A stretch of 64,000 bases of DNA. Source: an uncultured Poribacteria bacterium. GTDB lineage: Bacteria > Poribacteria > WGA-4E > WGA-3G. Shown in pieces: positions 59,698 to 64,000 of the stretch. The DNA is taken from NCBI GenBank assembly GCA_958296135.2, contig CATQHZ020000001.1, forward strand, positions 3,008,001 to 3,072,000, read 5' to 3'. Below the pieces are notes generated by a model. That model ran no database searches. It worked only from the letters and a program-made list of their open reading frames with translations, and was not told where the DNA came from. Both the position numbers and the translations under genes were made by a program. The first letter of the stretch is position 1; each line of letters starts with the position of its first letter.

Positions 59698-61044
59698 ATG
59701 AAAAGCATTGCGTTTTTAACCCTCTGTGTCTGCGCTTTAGCGGCGATTGCGGCGGGCGCATCACAGCCGGGCGATTATGAGAAAAATTGGCATCAGTGGC
59801 GTGGGCCGCATGCGACTGGGGCTGCTGCCAGCGACGCGAATCCCCCGCTGACTTGGAGCGAAACCGAGAATGTCCGTTGGAAAGTGGCTATCCCCGGCAT
59901 GGGGCATGCCACGCCGATTGTGTGGGAAGATAAAATCTTCGTCCAAACCGCTATCCAAGGCGTGGTGCAGAAAGCGGAGGAAACCGATGATGGCAATCCG
60001 TTTAGTGGTTTTTTCCAGCGAAGGGACGGAGGTCCTACTAATACGTATAAGTTCTCCCTGCTTGCTATCAACCGAAGCGATGGCAGTATCTTGTGGCAGA
60101 AAACATTGCGCGAGGAAGTCCCACATGAAGGCATGCACCAAGATGCCAGTTTCGCCTCCAATTCGCCGGTTACCGACGGTGAATATATCTACGCCTATTT
60201 CGGCTCGCGCGGGCTTTACTGCGTGGATATAGATGGCAACGTCAAGTGGGAGAAGGACATCGGCACGATGCGTAAATCAAACGCCTTCGGCGAAGGCAGC
60301 TGCCCCGCGCTCTATGGGAATACCCTCGTTATCGTTCAAGACCACGAGGGCCCCACGCCTTCCTTCATCATCGCGCTGGATAAGCGGAGCGGCGACGTGC
60401 TGTGGAAAACCGAGCGAGATGAACGCACCACGTGGACATCGCCTATCGTTGTTGAGCAGGACGGGAAACCGCAGGTGATTGTTCCCGGAACGAACCGTAC
60501 CCGGAGTTATGATTTGGCAACCGGCAAACTTTTATGGGAATGTAGTGGGTTAACCAGAAACGTTATTCCTGCGCCCGTTGCCGATGATGGGTTAGTCTAT
60601 GTCACCAGCGGCTTCCGCGGGAACGCCCTGCAGGCGATTCAATTAGCTGCAGCCAAGGACGATATTACCGATTCCGATGCTATTGTGTGGCAGCACGACA
60701 GGGATACACCTTATGTGCCATCGCCGCTCCTCTATAAGGACGCGCTCTATTTCTTAAAACGCAACGATGGCATCCTCTCTGCCTTCAATATCAAAACCGG
60801 GGAGGCAAACTATGGTCCTGAGCGGTTACAAGGCATTGGTAATGTCTACTCTTCGATCGTCGGTGCGGCGGGGCGCGTCTATATCGCCAGCCGAAACGGC
60901 ACGGTGCTTGTCATCAAACACTCGCCAACCTTCGAGGTCTTGGCGACGAACAAACTAGCCGATAGTTTCAATGCTTCGCCGGTGATTGTCGGTTCGGAGT
61001 TATATCTGCGCGGGATGGAGTATCTCTACTGTATCGCGGAGTAG
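59698..61044 (+). CDS. PQQ-like beta-propeller repeat protein, secreted
   Basis: NWHQWRGP, WSETENVRWK, ASNSPVTDG, YVPSP, FNASP. Confidence 0.88.
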   Translation: MKSIAFLTLCVCALAAIAAGASQPGDYEKNWHQWRGPHATGAAASDANPPLTWSETENVRWKVAIPGMGHATPIVWEDKIFVQTAIQGVVQKAEETDDGNPFSGFFQRRDGGPTNTYKFSLLAINRSDGSILWQKTLREEVPHEGMHQDASFASNSPVTDGEYIYAYFGSRGLYCVDIDGNVKWEKDIGTMRKSNAFGEGSCPALYGNTLVIVQDHEGPTPSFIIALDKRSGDVLWKTERDERTTWTSPIVVEQDGKPQVIVPGTNRTRSYDLATGKLLWECSGLTRNVIPAPVADDGLVYVTSGFRGNALQAIQLAAAKDDITDSDAIVWQHDRDTPYVPSPLLYKDALYFLKRNDGILSAFNIKTGEANYGPERLQGIGNVYSSIVGAAGRVYIASRNGTVLVIKHSPTFEVLATNKLADSFNASPVIVGSELYLRGMEYLYCIAE

Positions 61045-61132
61045 TTTAATTTGACTTTTGGTTCTGCATGTGGTAAACTTAACCTATCGTTGTTTTGTTT
61101 CCACATGCAGATACCCGAAGGAGGTTATTGAA

Positions 61133-61348
61133 ATGAAACTGACACCAGATAATAAGGAACGCCTTGAAGAGATTCAGGAGTTCTATCGCACTATGGAGCG
61201 GGAGTCTGAGCCGTACCGCGAGTATTTCGCGGCTCTGGCAACTTTGCCCCCAGAACCGCCTCCGCCTGTAACTTTCATCGAAATTGGGAACACATCGGTT
61301 CCACGTGGCGGATCTGAGGATGCCAGACTCCAGTTAACTCCTACATGA
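61133..61348 (+). CDS. Small hypothetical protein (71 aa)
   Basis: Promoter TTGACT-N17-TAAACT (61051-61079) and AAGGAGG RBS before ATG 61133. Confidence 0.55.
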   Translation: MKLTPDNKERLEEIQEFYRTMERESEPYREYFAALATLPPEPPPPVTFIEIGNTSVPRGGSEDARLQLTPT

Positions 61349-61436
61349 AATTAATGCCGCATACCGTAGAGTGAGGGGATGGTTTAAAAGGATATTGACG
61401 TGCATCGCCGTGAAACGCCGCCTTACAAAAGGTATA

Positions 61437-61549
61437 AAGGAATTTCTCGTACGTCTCGGCAAGGCGAGGGACAGGCCCTCGCCCTACGGGCCAAGGAATT
61501 TCTCGTACGTCTCGGCAAGGCGAGGGACAGGCCCTCGCCCTACGGGCCA
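61437..61549. repeat. 56-bp tandem duplication containing the GGCGAGGGACAGGCCCTCGCCCTAC REP
   Basis: Units start at 61437 and 61493. Confidence 0.85.
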
Positions 61550-61558
61550 GGGGATAGC

Positions 61559-62305
61559 TTAATACGTCGCCCTGCCCCCACTCACATCGTAACACTGCCC
61601 CGTAACAAAACTCGCCTCATCCGAAGCGAGGAAATTGACGACAGCGGCGACTTCCTCCGGTTGCCCAACGCGTCCCAACGGAATTTTGCTCACCATATAG
61701 TCAACGGTTGACTGCGCCATGCCCGCCAAAATCGGTGTCTCAATTACGGCGGGTGACACGGCGTTGACGCGGATGTTATAGTCTGTCACCTCCTTCGCCA
61801 GTGCCTTCGTCAGACAGATGACCCCGGCCTTGGAGACCGAATACGGGATGAGTGTCGGATTGCCTTCCTTACCGGCAATGGAGGCGATATTCACGATGCG
61901 GCCGTAGTCTTGTGTAATCATCGTCTCGATAACCGCCTTACAGCAGAGGAAAACGCCGGTGAGATTGACACCCATCACGGCGTTCCATTCCGCCTCCTCT
62001 AACTCCGTCAAGGGCACCGTTTGCCCGGCAATCCCGGCGTTATTCACGAGAATGTCGATGCGGCCGAAGGCTGTCAGTACCTGCGCGACAGCGGCGTTCA
62101 CTTCTGCTGCTTGCGAGACATCCGCTTGAAGAGGGAGTGCCTTGCGTCCAACACCTTCAATTTTCTGTGCTGTTGCTTCGGCTGCCGATAGGTTGATGTC
62201 CATGATGGCGACATCGGCACCGGCGTTCGCTAGCCTGAGCGCGATGGCTTTGCCGATGCCTTGGCCTGCGCCTGTCACAATCGCGATTCTATCGTTCAAT
62301 GTCAT
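61559..62305 (-). CDS. Short-chain dehydrogenase/reductase (FabG-like)
   Basis: TGAGQGIG, NNAG, YSVSK, VNAVSP. Confidence 0.95.
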   Translation of the reverse strand: MTLNDRIAIVTGAGQGIGKAIALRLANAGADVAIMDINLSAAEATAQKIEGVGRKALPLQADVSQAAEVNAAVAQVLTAFGRIDILVNNAGIAGQTVPLTELEEAEWNAVMGVNLTGVFLCCKAVIETMITQDYGRIVNIASIAGKEGNPTLIPYSVSKAGVICLTKALAKEVTDYNIRVNAVSPAVIETPILAGMAQSTVDYMVSKIPLGRVGQPEEVAAVVNFLASDEASFVTGQCYDVSGGRATY

Positions 62306-62318
62306 CACAATGCCTCCT

Positions 62319-63548
62319 TTATTCGCCGATGACTACCCCGTATTCGCCGACGACTGCGCCTTTGTGGCCGCTCTGATAATGCATGTGTCTCTCGCCGATA
62401 ATCGGCTGAGTGCTTTGCACTTCCACCGTGCCGCGTTCATTCCCCATCGCGCCTTCATCTATATCCTCGCAGCAGAGCGGCTTAATCTGACGATGCAACT
62501 GCCGCCGGATATCTCCTTGTTTATTTCGGATGATAATGTTAACGAACGCATCCGCTTCGCCGACGTTGAGGAAGCGGAACCAGTCTCTTGCCCCGGTTGC
62601 GATTTCTGGAAAAAAGAGCCGGAGCCCCACGTGTCCACCTTCTTTCGATGCGCCCGGGAGATCGACAATAGCTGTCCCGCTGCGCATGTGTCGCTCCGCG
62701 ACAATCGGCTGCTCGCTGCTGACTTCTACGGAGCACTTCACCTTAATATCCTCCATATCCGGGTTCCAGCACTTGAAAGGTTCCAAGGGGGAGTGTACTT
62801 TGCTCCAGAACGATTGCGCGTTGTCGTCTTTACGTGCGATCATCTCCACCCGCGCTGGCTCGTTACCGACGTTGACGATGACTACCCAGTCGTCCCACGC
62901 CGGCCCGACTTCGGGAAAGAAGAGGGTGCGCGGTGCCTCCGAAATGACTTGTCCGAATTGCCCGACGCAGGTTTTTCCACCCTGATAGTGCAGGTGCCGT
63001 TCACCGACAATCGGTTGCGAACTTTGCATCTCAACTGTTCCGGTGACGTTCCCCATCACGCCTTCGTTGAGATCCCAGCAGCAGTGCGGCCGGATGACGT
63101 GGTGGCGTTGCCGCAGCACGTCCCCGTTTCTGTTTCGGACGGTGATGTTGACATGTGCGTCCGCCTCGCCGACGTTCAAGACCCGGAACCAATCGTGTGC
63201 GCCCGACACCAATTCGGGAAAGAAGAGCCGCTGCCCGACTGTCTCATATTCCTCTGCTGCGCCGACGAAGTCAATGATGTTCGTGCCCGAGTGCATGTGG
63301 CGTTCGGCGACAATCGGCTGATCTGCGCTAATTTGCATCGATGCATTCTCTTTGATATCCTCAACCGGGGGTGTCCAACACTCAAAAGCACCGATTGTTT
63401 TCTCAGAAATATTGATAGGGTTGCCATTGCGCGCGTGCCGGGCTAGCGCCTTGACGCGCGTCTCCTCTGTCCCGACGTTGACAACTTGGATCCAGTCCTG
63501 CCATTGCGGGCCCACTTCGGGAAAATAGAGGATTGTTGCTCCAGCCAT
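62319..63548 (-). CDS. Hypothetical protein made of four ~100-aa internal repeats
   Basis: 4x L(Y/F)FPE...DW....NVG...QPI(V/I)(A/G)ERH(M/L). Confidence 0.8.
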   Translation of the reverse strand: MAGATILYFPEVGPQWQDWIQVVNVGTEETRVKALARHARNGNPINISEKTIGAFECWTPPVEDIKENASMQISADQPIVAERHMHSGTNIIDFVGAAEEYETVGQRLFFPELVSGAHDWFRVLNVGEADAHVNITVRNRNGDVLRQRHHVIRPHCCWDLNEGVMGNVTGTVEMQSSQPIVGERHLHYQGGKTCVGQFGQVISEAPRTLFFPEVGPAWDDWVVIVNVGNEPARVEMIARKDDNAQSFWSKVHSPLEPFKCWNPDMEDIKVKCSVEVSSEQPIVAERHMRSGTAIVDLPGASKEGGHVGLRLFFPEIATGARDWFRFLNVGEADAFVNIIIRNKQGDIRRQLHRQIKPLCCEDIDEGAMGNERGTVEVQSTQPIIGERHMHYQSGHKGAVVGEYGVVIGE

Positions 63549-63695
63549 AATTTTCTCCTATAACCAGCCTCTATGAGGCTTTATCGAAATTGGAACTTTT
63601 CAATTTTTTCGGATTGCGCCTACACGTCTATTTTAACTTGCTTTTATATCAATTTTCCACTACAATTTCACCAGAATCCTTAGGAGGAGACAATT

Positions 63696-63983
63696 ATGGC
63701 AGTCAAAAAACTGACAGACGCTGACATTCAGCAGAAACTAGAACAAGTCAACGGATGGACGGTGCAAGATGGGAAATTGCACAAGGAATTCCAGTTTGAC
63801 ACCTTCGTCACGGCATTCGGTTTCATGACGCAGCTCGCCTTAATCGCCGAGTCGATGAATCATCATCCCGAATGGTTCAACGTCTACAATCGCGTTACTA
63901 TCGATTTGATGACGCACGACGCGGGCGGCATTAGCGAATTGGATTTCGAGTGGGCATCGCGCGCCGATGCACTGAGTCACTGA
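63696..63983 (+). CDS. phhB: Pterin-4-alpha-carbinolamine dehydratase
   Basis: [28 protein letters not shown]. Confidence 0.93.
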   Translation: MAVKKLTDADIQQKLEQVNGWTVQDGKLHKEFQFDTFVTAFGFMTQLALIAESMNHHPEWFNVYNRVTIDLMTHDAGGISELDFEWASRADALSH

Positions 63984-64000
63984 ACGATTTTCCGGTAGGC

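Noticed and set aside
62142-63446. 434-aa + strand ORF (also the antisense ORFs 8041-9141, 3243-4109, 24570-25388)
   Set aside because: Antisense shadows of well-supported genes on the opposite strand

Overview
Bacterial, moderately GC-rich chromosomal window. The C-terminal V-x-P-x-(G/D)KL-x-T-x-W-x-x-(I/L)K tails, dockerin/ankyrin/TPR/PQQ-propeller proteins and abundant GTAG-type REP palindromes suggest Candidatus Poribacteria or a relative (inference). Housekeeping and metabolic genes include groEL without groES, a vWA/DUF4159/DUF4175-type cluster, a GH3 hexosaminidase, an SPFH protein, a KamA-family enzyme, a cyclophilin, disA, an ABC transporter, purC, a CoA-transferase, a THUMP methyltransferase, an M16 peptidase, an SDR and phhB. 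Main accessory elements: (1) a dndCDE DNA-phosphorothioation operon converging on an uncharacterised ParB-CTPase / ParB-HTH / beta-CASP nuclease operon, located where dndB/dndFGH would be expected; (2) a tnpB-only IS607-like element with an intact RuvC and an omegaRNA, plus an orphan, protein-less copy of the same omegaRNA scaffold about 5 kb upstream, fused to a riboswitch-like domain downstream of disA; (3) two tandem ~175-180 nt rod-shaped candidate ncRNAs (6S-like), each with its own sigma70 promoter; (4) four tandem diversified PD-(D/E)xK genes; (5) large REP/BIME-like arrays flanking a metalloprotease-ankyrin-dockerin gene, in-frame REP insertions in CDSs, and a truncated RAYT. No CRISPR, tRNA or rRNA was found. 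All calls come from reading motifs by eye; no database searches were run.
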